NCBI GenBank assembly: GCA_943359325.1
Contig: CALRHD010000002.1
Span: forward strand, 4,629-68,628
Source: Candidatus Uhrbacteria bacterium
GTDB taxonomy: Bacteria > Patescibacteriota > Patescibacteriia > UBA9934
Direction: 5' to 3'
DNA length: 64,000 nucleotides
Shown: positions 27,100-36,617 of the stretch, piece by piece
Layout: the number at the start of each line of letters is the position of its first letter
How positions within the stretch are numbered: the stretch's first letter is position 1
Position numbers and translations under genes: made by a program
Notes under the pieces: generated by a model
Databases searched by the model: none
What the model saw: only the letters and a program-made list of their open reading frames with translations
Told to the model about the DNA's origin: nothing

Positions 27100-27711
27100 A
27101 TGTACTTCAATACGGATGCGGAGCGTATTGCAGCGCTTGCACGGAGAGCGCTCGCCCAGCGGGGAATAATTCCTTTGTTGGGTAGAGATGACGATGCGGC
27201 GGAGTCGCTACGACCAGAAGCGCAGTATGTCGTCGACATGTTGAGTTGGCGAGACCCGTGGCATAGGCCACTTCTCGCAGGTTATGCCGCGGCGCTCATG
27301 ACGTACATTTTGAGCGTCAACGAGGAAACGCCGCACGACTTTGGCAGGCTGCAAGTTGTTGCGTGGACGCGGTTTGTTGCGGACTGGCTCGACAGGCACG
27401 AATGCAGCGACGCGCGGTGGGAAGACGTGAAATTCTTACGGCGCATTGCGTGGCAAGAAGAAAACGGGCAGCCGATTGCGAAGAATCTTCTGCTTGAGGC
27501 AGATAGGCGATTACGCGAAACGCAGCGTGCATTGACACCGATATGTCGTTTAGACCGCATTGCACTGTCGAACCACCTCGTGGCGACAGGTGCGGCACGG
27601 AACGGATTTGGATGCAGCATGAGCTACCATGCATTCACCCTAGTGTGGATCGTGATGCACCCGAAGGCAAAAGCGTATTTCCAGAACGTGGCGTTCGGAA
27701 TCGCAGGATAA
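27100..27711 (+). CDS. Hypothetical protein (203 aa)
   Basis: An AGGAGG Shine-Dalgarno sequence lies 6 nt upstream. It is transcribed divergently from the acidic protein gene. Confidence 0.45.
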   Translation: MYFNTDAERIAALARRALAQRGIIPLLGRDDDAAESLRPEAQYVVDMLSWRDPWHRPLLAGYAAALMTYILSVNEETPHDFGRLQVVAWTRFVADWLDRHECSDARWEDVKFLRRIAWQEENGQPIAKNLLLEADRRLRETQRALTPICRLDRIALSNHLVATGAARNGFGCSMSYHAFTLVWIVMHPKAKAYFQNVAFGIAG

Positions 27712-27793
27712 ATTTTCTCTTGAGTCTCGACGGCTTGTTGCCGTCGTTGTGTTTTATGGGCTACCCCGCTACTATTTTACAAACTCACCGTTT

Positions 27794-28636
27794 ATGCAAA
27801 AGATTCGCGTCATTGCAATTGTCGGGCCAACGGCGTCGGGAAAGTCTGACGTGGCTTTTCGGGTTGCGAAAGCGGTGGGTGGAGAAGTGTTGTGCGTTGA
27901 CTCGCGGACAGTGTATCGAGGAATGGATGTCGGGACAGCCAAAGGAAGTGGGTGGGGAACCGATCTTGTGAATCCCGACGAGGCATTTACCGTTGCAGAT
28001 TTTGTGGAGTATGCGAAAGTGAAAATTGACGAGATTGTATCGTGGGGAAAGGTTCCGGTGCTTGTGGGTGGAACGGGGTTGTATTTTCGTGCGCTTCTCG
28101 ATGGGTTGACGCTCGCCGACGTTGCGCCGAACGAAGTGTTGCGTGCGGAGTGGGAGGGGAAGTCGACCGACGAACTTGTCGAGATGCTTCGCGTACAAGA
28201 TGCGAATGCGGTGAACACGATTGACACGAAAAATCGTCGTCGTGTGCTTCGTGCACTGGAAATTGTCACAGCGACAGGTGCGCCGCTTTCCGAACGTCAA
28301 CAAAAAGTCGCAACGCCCTACGACGTGTGTTGGATCGGCGTTGATGTGCCTACCGATGAGTTGTTTCGCCGTATCGACGCTCGAGTAGATGAAATGATTG
28401 CAAATGGACTCGAAGCTGAAGTGCGTGTGCTTTATGAAAAATACGGCGGGAGTCCTCGTGCTATGTCGGGCATTGGGTACCATCAATTCGTAGAATATTT
28501 TGAGGGAAAAACAACCCTCGACGCCGCAATCGCCCGCATAAAAACCGACACCCGCAGCTACGCGAAGCGCCAGCGAACGTGGTTTAAAGCCGATAAGAGG
28601 ATTCAATGGGTTACGAGCCTAAGATCTCACGAATAA
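27794..28636 (+). CDS. miaA: tRNA dimethylallyltransferase
   Basis: The P-loop is GPTASGKS. The motifs DSRTVYRGMDVGTAK and VGGTGLYF are present. Its 3' end overlaps gatB convergently by about 26 nt. Confidence 0.9.
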   Translation: MQKIRVIAIVGPTASGKSDVAFRVAKAVGGEVLCVDSRTVYRGMDVGTAKGSGWGTDLVNPDEAFTVADFVEYAKVKIDEIVSWGKVPVLVGGTGLYFRALLDGLTLADVAPNEVLRAEWEGKSTDELVEMLRVQDANAVNTIDTKNRRRVLRALEIVTATGAPLSERQQKVATPYDVCWIGVDVPTDELFRRIDARVDEMIANGLEAEVRVLYEKYGGSPRAMSGIGYHQFVEYFEGKTTLDAAIARIKTDTRSYAKRQRTWFKADKRIQWVTSLRSHE

Positions 28637-30122
28637 TCCTTGTTGCTGACTCGGCGTCTGCGTTTCCTTTTGTTGCTTTCATCACGCTCCCGAGAAAGAA
28701 TGGAAGAAGTTTTGTTTCCCCATTTTTGTAGCGGATGACTTCAGTTGGGAGGCCGGCGAGGACGGAGTCGATAATGTTGCGGAGTGCGGTAACGTCGTCC
28801 ATACGTTTTGCGCCCATGTCTTGCATGGCATGTTCGGGATCGCTCCCGTCGTCGAGCATGCGGTTTAGGACTTCGAGCCCTTTTGTGCCTGTCAGCCGAC
28901 CGTCGGCAATGAGCATGACGAATTGCGCGAAGTTTTCGGGCGTGAGTTTTGCGATACGAATATCACTGCCACGCTCCGCGAGCAGGCCACCAAGTTTCGA
29001 GATAAGCCAGCCGCAAAATACTTTCGACATTTTGGTGCGTGCGGCAGGCATGGTTTCTGCGGTGACGTCTGGCTTTGCTTCGAGCCATGCGCCGAGTTCT
29101 GAGAGCGCGTTTTCCGCAAAGTTCGCGAGCGCAGGGTCATCGACAATGTGCGCAGCGTCGCTCCGTTTGAACCCATACTCTTCCATGAGCCGTGCGCGTT
29201 TTGCCGCAGGCAGCTCGGGCATTTTTTGTCGCATTGCTTTCGCGATCGATGCGAGTTCGAGCGGCGGGATGTCTGGTTCGGGGAAGTAGCGGTAGTCGGC
29301 AGAGTCTTCTTTTGTGCGCTGTTCGTCGGTGCGCTGTGCGGTGTCGTTCCAGCCACGTGTTGTGGTGACGGCAGGCGGCGTTCCTGCCTCCCACAGCTTT
29401 GTTTGCCGTGCAGTTTCGTACGCAATGGCACGTTCGACGTGACGGAATGAATTGATATTTTTAATTTCCGTTTTCGTGTTGAGGGGTCCGATAAATGCAC
29501 CGTCGTTGTCGACCTCACGAAGCGAAATATTCACGTCGCAGCGCAGTTGACCTTTTTCCATGTTGCCACCTGAAATACCTAGCGTGCGAACGAGTAGTCG
29601 CAATTCGTGCAGATATGCTTTTGCTTCTGCAGCGCCACGGAAATCTGGCCGTGTCACAATTTCGCACAGCGGCATACCGCCGCGATTAAAGTCGACGTAT
29701 GTTTTTCCATCGTCGCCATGCATATTCTTCGCCGCGTCTTCTTCTAAATGCATGCGTTCAATGCCAATGCGCGGTACGCCTTTTGCGCCCTCAACTTCAA
29801 TGTCGAGCCAACCGTCTGTCATGACGGGAAGGTCGAATTGTGAAATTTGATAGGCCTTCGGAAGGTCGGGGTAGAAATAATGTTTGCGGTCAAATTTTGA
29901 GTGCGGTGTAATTTTTCCATTGAGCGCCAACCCCAAAAGTACCGCCCACCGCACGGCGGTTTCGTTTGGCACAGGCAACACTCCTGGATGTCCCAAACAA
30001 ATTTGGCACACCGATGTGTTCGGCTGCGCGTTCTCACTGCTGACCGCGCATGCACAAAAGAGTTTTGTGTTTGTTGCAAGCTGGATGTGCGTTTCAAGGC
30101 CAATGACAGGAACGAGCTTCAT
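28611..30122 (-). CDS. gatB: Asp/Glu-tRNA amidotransferase subunit B
   Basis: The motif VIGLETHIQL...K.F is followed by the helical and YqeY-like C-terminal domains. The start is at MKLVPVIGLE, because the track ORF has a spurious 68-aa Pro/Arg-rich extension. Confidence 0.88.
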   Translation of the reverse strand: MKLVPVIGLETHIQLATNTKLFCACAVSSENAQPNTSVCQICLGHPGVLPVPNETAVRWAVLLGLALNGKITPHSKFDRKHYFYPDLPKAYQISQFDLPVMTDGWLDIEVEGAKGVPRIGIERMHLEEDAAKNMHGDDGKTYVDFNRGGMPLCEIVTRPDFRGAAEAKAYLHELRLLVRTLGISGGNMEKGQLRCDVNISLREVDNDGAFIGPLNTKTEIKNINSFRHVERAIAYETARQTKLWEAGTPPAVTTTRGWNDTAQRTDEQRTKEDSADYRYFPEPDIPPLELASIAKAMRQKMPELPAAKRARLMEEYGFKRSDAAHIVDDPALANFAENALSELGAWLEAKPDVTAETMPAARTKMSKVFCGWLISKLGGLLAERGSDIRIAKLTPENFAQFVMLIADGRLTGTKGLEVLNRMLDDGSDPEHAMQDMGAKRMDDVTALRNIIDSVLAGLPTEVIRYKNGETKLLPFFLGSVMKATKGNADAESATRIIREILGS

Positions 30123-30133
30123 ACAGTTCGAGA

Positions 30134-30874
30134 TTATGCCTTTTTGGCCGCAATGTACAGTGTGGTGCGGTACACAAGAATGAGCGGCATGACAACGATT
30201 TCGACGACGCGAAGGAGGAGATCCATGGGGACGGGGAGGGGTGCGGTGGGATCGAGGTGTGCGAGGTCGTAGCCGAGGAGGAGGTCGATGCACACGACAG
30301 CGAGGATATAGAGGAGAAGTATGCACACATCAAAGCCCCAGAGGCGGAGGAGCATAGCAAAAAATCGTCCACGGACAAGTTCGCGACTTTGTGCGAACGC
30401 CACAAACACGCGGCGTTTTTCGAGTGTCACAATGATCGGTGCAAACGCAAACCAAATTGCAAAAAGAATTCCGGGAACAATGAGCACGAATCCGAGAAGC
30501 GTGACGACGCCATAGAGGACGCATGACAAAAAAATTGTGAGGAGTACGTCGCGTGCGGTGCTTGGTGACTCGGGAAGCTTGCCGTCAACGAGAATGTGCT
30601 GTGTAGTCATCACGATGTGTGCGTACATCCAAATGCTGATGACAATCGTGATGATTTGCAAGCCGAGATCGAGCGTGTCAACAATGTCGCCGCTCCCAAA
30701 TGTGATGCGCAAAAGGATGCTGAGGACGAGCGGCATCAAAAGCCAGCCCGAATATCCGAGGAAGGTGAAAAAGTGTTTTTGAAAAATGCGGAGACTGGTG
30801 GCGGCGAGGTTACGAAGACTCGGCAGTCCGCCCGCTGGCGGAGGTGCGAGTGGCAACAAGACTTTGGAAGACAT
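30134..30874 (-). CDS. Polytopic membrane protein that is a paralogue of the upstream gene
   Basis: It has 6-7 transmembrane helices. The motif ELVRGRFFAMLLR parallels ALVKGRWWATMLR in the ORF at 30810..31706. Confidence 0.45.
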   Translation of the reverse strand: MSSKVLLPLAPPPAGGLPSLRNLAATSLRIFQKHFFTFLGYSGWLLMPLVLSILLRITFGSGDIVDTLDLGLQIITIVISIWMYAHIVMTTQHILVDGKLPESPSTARDVLLTIFLSCVLYGVVTLLGFVLIVPGILFAIWFAFAPIIVTLEKRRVFVAFAQSRELVRGRFFAMLLRLWGFDVCILLLYILAVVCIDLLLGYDLAHLDPTAPLPVPMDLLLRVVEIVVMPLILVYRTTLYIAAKKA

Positions 30875-31706
30875 AATAATCAGCAATAATGAACACCGGC
30901 GCCGTTACTGCAGCAACGAGTGTTGAGAGAATTTGGCTTATGGCGCCAACGAAAATTTCGAGCGCACTTTGGTCGATAAACTCTGTCGCGGGAACCAGTG
31001 CGGCAGAGAGCACGAACATGAGAAGCGAAATAAGCAGCTGTACGAAAAGAATAATGACGAGGAGCGTGAGTTTCGGCACGAGCACACGAAGCATGGTCGC
31101 CCACCAGCGGCCCTTGACCAGTGCGAATGCGCGGCGAATGCTCGCCACAACACCGCCTTTTTCGAGCATGAGTGAAAGCGGTGCCATGGGGAAGACGACA
31201 ATACAGTATGCGATAAGAATCGCCGATGTGACGCCGCCAAAAAAGAGGAAAAACATGCCAAGCGACGGGAGTACAACGCCGCTGTGTTCCTGTAGAGCAG
31301 AAATGAAAAGCATGCCAACTCCCGGTAGCACGAGTAGACATGCACCGAGTACAAGAATACCGAGCGCAAGACCTTGGAGGAATAGTTTGGCGACAATGTT
31401 TGGAATTTGCGCACGAATACTCGCAGGTTTTTTTCCGACTTCGAATGCGCTGGTTGACAGCACTACGCCGCCAAAAATGCCATACCCAATGCACAGCGCG
31501 AACAGTGCATTGAGGAACATGAGTATGACAACGGCGAGGGTTCCTGCGAATGAGTCAGCAAACAAAGGGAACAGCACCATGCTCACGATAATCAGCGGTA
31601 CGCCGAGCAACATCCACAGCGCAATCCGCATGTAGTCGCCGAAATGTTTTTCGTAGAGGTGAAATGTTTTATCGACGATTTGGCCGATGCTGATGAGTTG
31701 GATCAT
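30810..31706 (-). CDS. Polytopic membrane protein, the tandem paralogue of 30134..30874
   Basis: It has about 8 transmembrane helices and a shared motif. It overlaps the downstream paralogue. Confidence 0.45.
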   Translation of the reverse strand: MIQLISIGQIVDKTFHLYEKHFGDYMRIALWMLLGVPLIIVSMVLFPLFADSFAGTLAVVILMFLNALFALCIGYGIFGGVVLSTSAFEVGKKPASIRAQIPNIVAKLFLQGLALGILVLGACLLVLPGVGMLFISALQEHSGVVLPSLGMFFLFFGGVTSAILIAYCIVVFPMAPLSLMLEKGGVVASIRRAFALVKGRWWATMLRVLVPKLTLLVIILFVQLLISLLMFVLSAALVPATEFIDQSALEIFVGAISQILSTLVAAVTAPVFIIADYYVFQSLVATRTSASGRTAESS

Positions 31707-31754
31707 AATAAATAGAGTATATCAAACTTTCCTCTTCTTTGTCCCCAATGCCCG

Positions 31755-33614
31755 TTGACCGACGGGGTAAGGCGGGTAAGATGCCGATGTATGACAAATG
31801 CATCGCGGTATAGAAAACTTGAGTCGAGCGATCGCAAGGCGACGTTTGCCGTTGCGAACGGTAGCGAAGAAACGCGGCAAGTAGCGTACGGAGACGGCGA
31901 CATGTTGCCGTACCGTTCGTTCGTAGCCGAAGAGGCGTTTTCGCTTGTTGAGCCGTATATTTTGTCGCCCGAGAGCAACATCACTGCCCTCAACATGCAG
32001 AAATTGAGTGGCGTTGCAGGTGCCATGCTTGCACGTCAAAGTCGCATTCAGGGTACTGTCGTTGACGTACTCATGAAGGAATTTTTGGTGACCAGCCCAG
32101 ACGAAGCGGTTGAGTTGGGCGTCGAGATTGGTGATTTGAAACGCGCAAAGCTCGACGGGATTATTGAGCGCATTCTTATTCAGTACGGCGATGACTCGGT
32201 GCAGGAGCTCGAAACCGCAACTGTGCTTTTTAATTCCGTAAGCAATCTTGCGACGAAAGTCATTGAAGACCGTCGGCTTGGTGGGTACATCGAACAGTCG
32301 AGTCGGTATGTGTACTACACGGATCGCGACCCTGTCACAGGACGATGGTGGTATGTGCGCGAGCCGCGGATTATGGCGAGCCGTTTGGGTGGGAGCTATG
32401 TCGTGCTCATGGACAAAGCGTTCGATGTGTATGCCCGGCTTGCAGACGCGTTGACTGCACACTACGAAATCATCAAACCCGTTGACGGCGCGGAATACGC
32501 CGTGCGGCCGAACGATGCAACGAAATATCGGTTGGCGGATTTAACAGACGAAAAAGAAATCAAAGAATTCAAGCGCGTCTATAAGTTTGACCTGAAAACA
32601 AAAGCGTGCGACACGGCGCGCATCGTGTTGCCTGCGTCGACATTGACGAATGTGGCAATGGTTGCGAACGGCCGCACGTTTGAGCATTTGCTCAAGCGAC
32701 TCTACGCAACCGATAATGCAGAGTTTCAGGACATCGCGGAACGGTTACACGCAACGCTCAATAAAGTTATTCCGAAGTATGTGAAGCGTGCGTCGAAAAA
32801 CGGCGAGGCGTACACGAAGGGCGTTGACGCACGAACCGTGACGCAAATTGCGCGCGAATTTCCCGAATTGCTGCAGTTCGTCCGATCGAAGAGCGAAGTT
32901 GAGTGGGTCATAGACCCTGAGTCAGATCGAAGAGTCGAAGAGGTTGTGCAATATTTGGCGACAACGTATTACCCGTTTTGTCGTGTATCGTTCGCAACGA
33001 TCATTTCGACGCTTGCTGCGTGTCCGTACGAACGTCTTGTGTCGCTCGTCAAAGAAATTATCGGCGAGCGCATGACGCGTCGCGATAGGCTCGGTCGTGG
33101 GTTTGAAGCGGGTTATCCGTTTACGTTCGACATTACGGGGAACTTTGGAATTTTTCGTGATTTGCATCGGCATCGTATGCTCACGCAGCAGCGTCAACTG
33201 CTGAACCCACATATTGGTTTTACGGTGCCGCAAGATGTGGAGGACATTGGCATGGGCGACGAAGTGCGAAGCTTGGAGGCAGAAATTCGCGGCTTGTACG
33301 ACGAGCTCGCCAACGAAGTGAGCCACGAGGCGGCGCAGTACTGCGTGTTGTTTGGGCACCATATTCGTTTTACGATGGGCTTTAATTTGCGTGAAGCGCA
33401 GCACTTCCTCGAACTTCGCACTGTGCCGCAGGGGCACCCAGACTACCGTCGCGTGTGCCAAACGATGCACAACATGATCATTCGTCGTACGCCATGGCTT
33501 CATGACACCGGGATTTTTACATTCGTCGATCACAATGACTACCCTTGGAGCCGCGCCGACGCCGAAGCCCGTCAATCGCAAAAACGCATCGCAAAGGGGT
33601 TGACGGAGGAGTAA
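31755..33614 (+). CDS. thyX: FAD-dependent thymidylate synthase ThyX with a tandem duplicated domain, in which the N-terminal copy is degenerate
   Basis: The C-terminal half carries the ThyX signature FRDLHRHRMLTQQRQ. The N-terminal half has a degenerate equivalent, IEDRRLGGYIEQSSRYV. The start is uncertain: Met1, Met13 or Met50. Confidence 0.6.
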   Translation: MTDGVRRVRCRCMTNASRYRKLESSDRKATFAVANGSEETRQVAYGDGDMLPYRSFVAEEAFSLVEPYILSPESNITALNMQKLSGVAGAMLARQSRIQGTVVDVLMKEFLVTSPDEAVELGVEIGDLKRAKLDGIIERILIQYGDDSVQELETATVLFNSVSNLATKVIEDRRLGGYIEQSSRYVYYTDRDPVTGRWWYVREPRIMASRLGGSYVVLMDKAFDVYARLADALTAHYEIIKPVDGAEYAVRPNDATKYRLADLTDEKEIKEFKRVYKFDLKTKACDTARIVLPASTLTNVAMVANGRTFEHLLKRLYATDNAEFQDIAERLHATLNKVIPKYVKRASKNGEAYTKGVDARTVTQIAREFPELLQFVRSKSEVEWVIDPESDRRVEEVVQYLATTYYPFCRVSFATIISTLAACPYERLVSLVKEIIGERMTRRDRLGRGFEAGYPFTFDITGNFGIFRDLHRHRMLTQQRQLLNPHIGFTVPQDVEDIGMGDEVRSLEAEIRGLYDELANEVSHEAAQYCVLFGHHIRFTMGFNLREAQHFLELRTVPQGHPDYRRVCQTMHNMIIRRTPWLHDTGIFTFVDHNDYPWSRADAEARQSQKRIAKGLTEE

Positions 33615-33622
33615 TGAAGTTT

Positions 33623-33656
33623 GTGGATAACTATGTCCACGACTCAGTTGCGGACA
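33623..33656 (+). repeat. REP-like element copy 5 (GTGGATAACTATG-GTCCACGACTCAGTTGCGGAC-AT)
   Basis: Read directly. It fills the whole convergent spacer between the thyX stop and the dcd stop. Confidence 0.85.
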
Positions 33657-34769
33657 TCACATCTTAAAGTGTTTGCTGAGCCGTGGACCACGTTGCCGAT
33701 AGTAGTTTGAGGCAAGTTTGGCGTCGCCGTAGAGAAGTTCGGCGGGGGCGGCGAGGCGTTCGTAGATCATTTTGCAGATGGGTTGGCCGTCGCGCAGCAC
33801 GAAGTCGATGTCGTGGGTGAAAATTTCGAGAACACCCGGCGTGCCACGTATGGCACCTTCTGCACCATACCCAAATCCAGGGTCGAAAAACCCTGCGTAG
33901 TGCGAACGAAATTCGCCTTTGCTCGGGTCGTACGCAGCCATTTCTGCGGCGTACCCGTCGGGAACGCGAAGACATTCTTTTGTTGCGAAGATGTAGAAAT
34001 CTCCTCGGCGCATCATAAATTGGCCGTTCTTTGGGCGCATGATAGGTTCAAAGAATTCTGCAGGGTCATAATCGCGTTTTGCAAAGTCGAGCACGCGACA
34101 CGCGGTCGGGGAGCTTGAGTACCCAATTATGTCTTCGCTTGAAAGGTCAACAGACATCACCACACCGTCTTTGTCGACTGTAGCGCGATCGGCACGATAG
34201 GCGTTTCCCGCAAGGTCGCAGAGCAATTGCGACTGGTCGACGAGTCGGAAATGGTCGGCGTCAGAAAGCCGCGCGTCGCACGTGGCAAAACGCATCTGAT
34301 TGACTCGCTCTCCTGCATCGAGCTTCACAGGAAATGATTTTGGAATAACTTCGAGCCATAACTCGCCCTTGTATCCGCTTGGCACCATGTCGAATCGTGA
34401 AACACCGTCAATGAGAAGACGTGTTTGCAAATTGATACGGCCGGAGGACGACTTGTTGTTTGTGTATGCGTGGACAGCGTCGGGGAGCGACAGCATTTCG
34501 TTTAGCCGCACCAAATAAATGCCGAACAGCTCGAGGGGGTGCTGTAAGTCGCAGCGATACAGCATACCGTCTTTGATAAGTTCGCGAATTGTTTCGCCAC
34601 GGCGTGGAAGAAACGTACCCCGCATGCGGTATACTTCTCCCGAGAGCGACAGGTCGAGTGACGACGGCTGAAGGTGCTCAGTTTTCGCGCCATGAATGTG
34701 CCCCTCGGCCATGAGGGTACGGATATATTGGAGGGGAAGTGCGCCACGAACGTCGATCCAGTTGGTCAT
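33657..34769 (-). CDS. dcd: 2'-deoxycytidine 5'-triphosphate deaminase (long DCD form with a tandem dUTPase-like fold)
   Basis: The motif SSLDLSLSGEV is typical of the dCTP deaminase/dUTPase fold. The roughly 370-aa length matches the DCD (PF06559-type) family. Confidence 0.6.
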   Translation of the reverse strand: MTNWIDVRGALPLQYIRTLMAEGHIHGAKTEHLQPSSLDLSLSGEVYRMRGTFLPRRGETIRELIKDGMLYRCDLQHPLELFGIYLVRLNEMLSLPDAVHAYTNNKSSSGRINLQTRLLIDGVSRFDMVPSGYKGELWLEVIPKSFPVKLDAGERVNQMRFATCDARLSDADHFRLVDQSQLLCDLAGNAYRADRATVDKDGVVMSVDLSSEDIIGYSSSPTACRVLDFAKRDYDPAEFFEPIMRPKNGQFMMRRGDFYIFATKECLRVPDGYAAEMAAYDPSKGEFRSHYAGFFDPGFGYGAEGAIRGTPGVLEIFTHDIDFVLRDGQPICKMIYERLAAPAELLYGDAKLASNYYRQRGPRLSKHFKM

Positions 34770-34818
34770 ACCGCTACACGCTACCAGCTACACGCTACTT
34801 CGAAAAGGGGATAAACTG

Positions 34819-35334
34819 ATGATAATTATGCACATCACGATTCTTGCCGCCATGAGCGCTGACGGCCGTATTGCAACGAGCCGTGACGAGCTCGTTGACT
34901 GGACAAGTCCGGAAGACAAGCAGTTTTTTGTATTAAAAACAAAGGAGGCAGGCGTCGTCGTTATGGGGCGTCGCACATTTGAAACGCTCGGCGAACCATT
35001 GTCGGAGCGCCTGAACGTCGTCATGTCGCACCAGCAAGCATTGTTTCCTGACGTTCCTGGAGTCGTTGAATGTACAAGCGAATCGCCGCACGGTGTGGTG
35101 CACTCGCTCGAATCTCGCGGGTATATGAAGGCAGTCGTTATTGGCGGCCACGAAATTTATTCTGCGTTTCTTTCGGCAGACTTGGTGACGGATATGTATC
35201 TCACTATCGAACCACGTATTTTTGGCGACGGCGTTCCGTTCGTTGAGGGGATCGCAGCAAAAAAATTGCAGCTGATGTCTGCAGAAAAACTTGGTGGGCA
35301 GTCGGTGCTGTTGCACTACGTTGCGCTTTCATGA
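34819..35334 (+). CDS. Dihydrofolate reductase-like (RibD C-terminal/DHFR family) protein
   Basis: The motifs ILAAMSADGRIA, FFVLKTKEAGVVVMGRRTFE and VIGGHEIYSAFL fit a DHFR-like NADPH-binding fold. Confidence 0.55.
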   Translation: MIIMHITILAAMSADGRIATSRDELVDWTSPEDKQFFVLKTKEAGVVVMGRRTFETLGEPLSERLNVVMSHQQALFPDVPGVVECTSESPHGVVHSLESRGYMKAVVIGGHEIYSAFLSADLVTDMYLTIEPRIFGDGVPFVEGIAAKKLQLMSAEKLGGQSVLLHYVALS

Positions 35335-36552
35335 CTGATCGTTCGTGGATGACTTGTGAAAAATAAGTGTGTTGCCAATCACGGGAAGTATTTCGATAAT
35401 CGTGCCGTCGATTTCCGTTCCTCCAGACGTTCCGTCGGACCAAACGAGTGCGTTCACATCCATACCAAGTGCGGAAAGTTCCGTTTCTGAAGGGAGCGCC
35501 GCAGACATGGAATCGGATTGTAGCGCGCTTGCGCGAACAGTCTGAACGTGGAGTGCGTAGGGTGTTGTCGTTCCTGCAGGAATAGTTTCGGCTGTGGTGA
35601 GTGTCGCAGAAAGAAAAGCAACATCGTCTCTGTTTGGTGTGCATGCGTTGCCATTTGCGCGATATGCAACCCATGTTGCGGGGACTTCCGTGTTCGTAAG
35701 CGTGTTCACAAGTTTGAAATTGCTTGTATCCGCGCCGAGCGTTTTGCAGGTATTCCACACGGTGCCCGCATTATCGGTTGTGGTGAGAGAAAAGACGACG
35801 CTGTTAAACGTGATGTCGCCCGCCGCTTCAGCAGTTGCGTCGACGCGGAGCACCTCAAGAAAACTCGGTTCAACGTAACCCATCGGCGAAAGTGTCGACA
35901 GGGTGAGTGTCGGCTTTGTGTTGCGGAGTGTCATGCCGTTTGCGGCGTAGTTTTTGTTGACGTCCGTCTGTGTAATGACTCTTCCTGAAAACAGCGTTGC
36001 CGAAAATTCTTTTGTGCGCGCATTGATTGCTACCTGGAATTGCATGCCGGACGTTACCGCTGTGTCGTCGATTGCGGCAGTTGAAATATTGACGTCGACG
36101 GTTGCCGTGAGGCTATGCGCGACAAGAAGTGAAAGGTCAGAAAACGTCAGCGACCCGTCGACGAATACACCCGTGACCACCTGCGTGTTGCCGTTGCTGC
36201 TCGTTGCAGTAAGCGTGACGAGTGGTGCAACAAGGTCGGAACCGAGTGCCTCTGTACCGTCGATGCAATCGCCATCGCTATCTTTTGGTGTTGCGACACA
36301 ATTGTGCAGCGTGAGCGTGTGGATAGTCATGTCTTCACGACCGCCACGAAAAGTGAAGTGTGCAACGTGAACGTCGGGTTGGCTGTCGAGTATGATTGCG
36401 GCTTGTGGGCTGTCTACAGCAGAGACGCTAAAAAAGGGAAGCGGCGTTGCAGCACGTGATGGCTGCGTGAGCGTGACGGCGCTCATGGTGCCGATCGCGA
36501 GTCCCATTGCGCTGAACACCATTGCGGCATGAAAGTGAAAGTGGCGGTGCAT
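35329..36552 (-). CDS. Secreted Thr/Ser-rich beta-rich protein (putative surface protein)
   Basis: It has a signal peptide after a His-rich N-terminus, then low-complexity T/S/V/A beta-strand repeats. Confidence 0.45.
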   Translation of the reverse strand: MHRHFHFHAAMVFSAMGLAIGTMSAVTLTQPSRAATPLPFFSVSAVDSPQAAIILDSQPDVHVAHFTFRGGREDMTIHTLTLHNCVATPKDSDGDCIDGTEALGSDLVAPLVTLTATSSNGNTQVVTGVFVDGSLTFSDLSLLVAHSLTATVDVNISTAAIDDTAVTSGMQFQVAINARTKEFSATLFSGRVITQTDVNKNYAANGMTLRNTKPTLTLSTLSPMGYVEPSFLEVLRVDATAEAAGDITFNSVVFSLTTTDNAGTVWNTCKTLGADTSNFKLVNTLTNTEVPATWVAYRANGNACTPNRDDVAFLSATLTTAETIPAGTTTPYALHVQTVRASALQSDSMSAALPSETELSALGMDVNALVWSDGTSGGTEIDGTIIEILPVIGNTLIFHKSSTNDQS

Positions 36553-36617
36553 ACAAAGAAGTTGAATTTTTTTTAGTATAACACAAAAGCTCGGGACATT
36601 CCCGAGCTTCTGCCTTT

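Noticed and set aside
28611-30326. Long Pro/Arg-rich N-terminal extension of gatB (MHTSPLYPRCRVHRPPPRLRPRTP...)
   Set aside because: The composition is non-native and GatB homology starts at MKLVPVIGLETHIQL, so the true start is the internal Met at about 30122.
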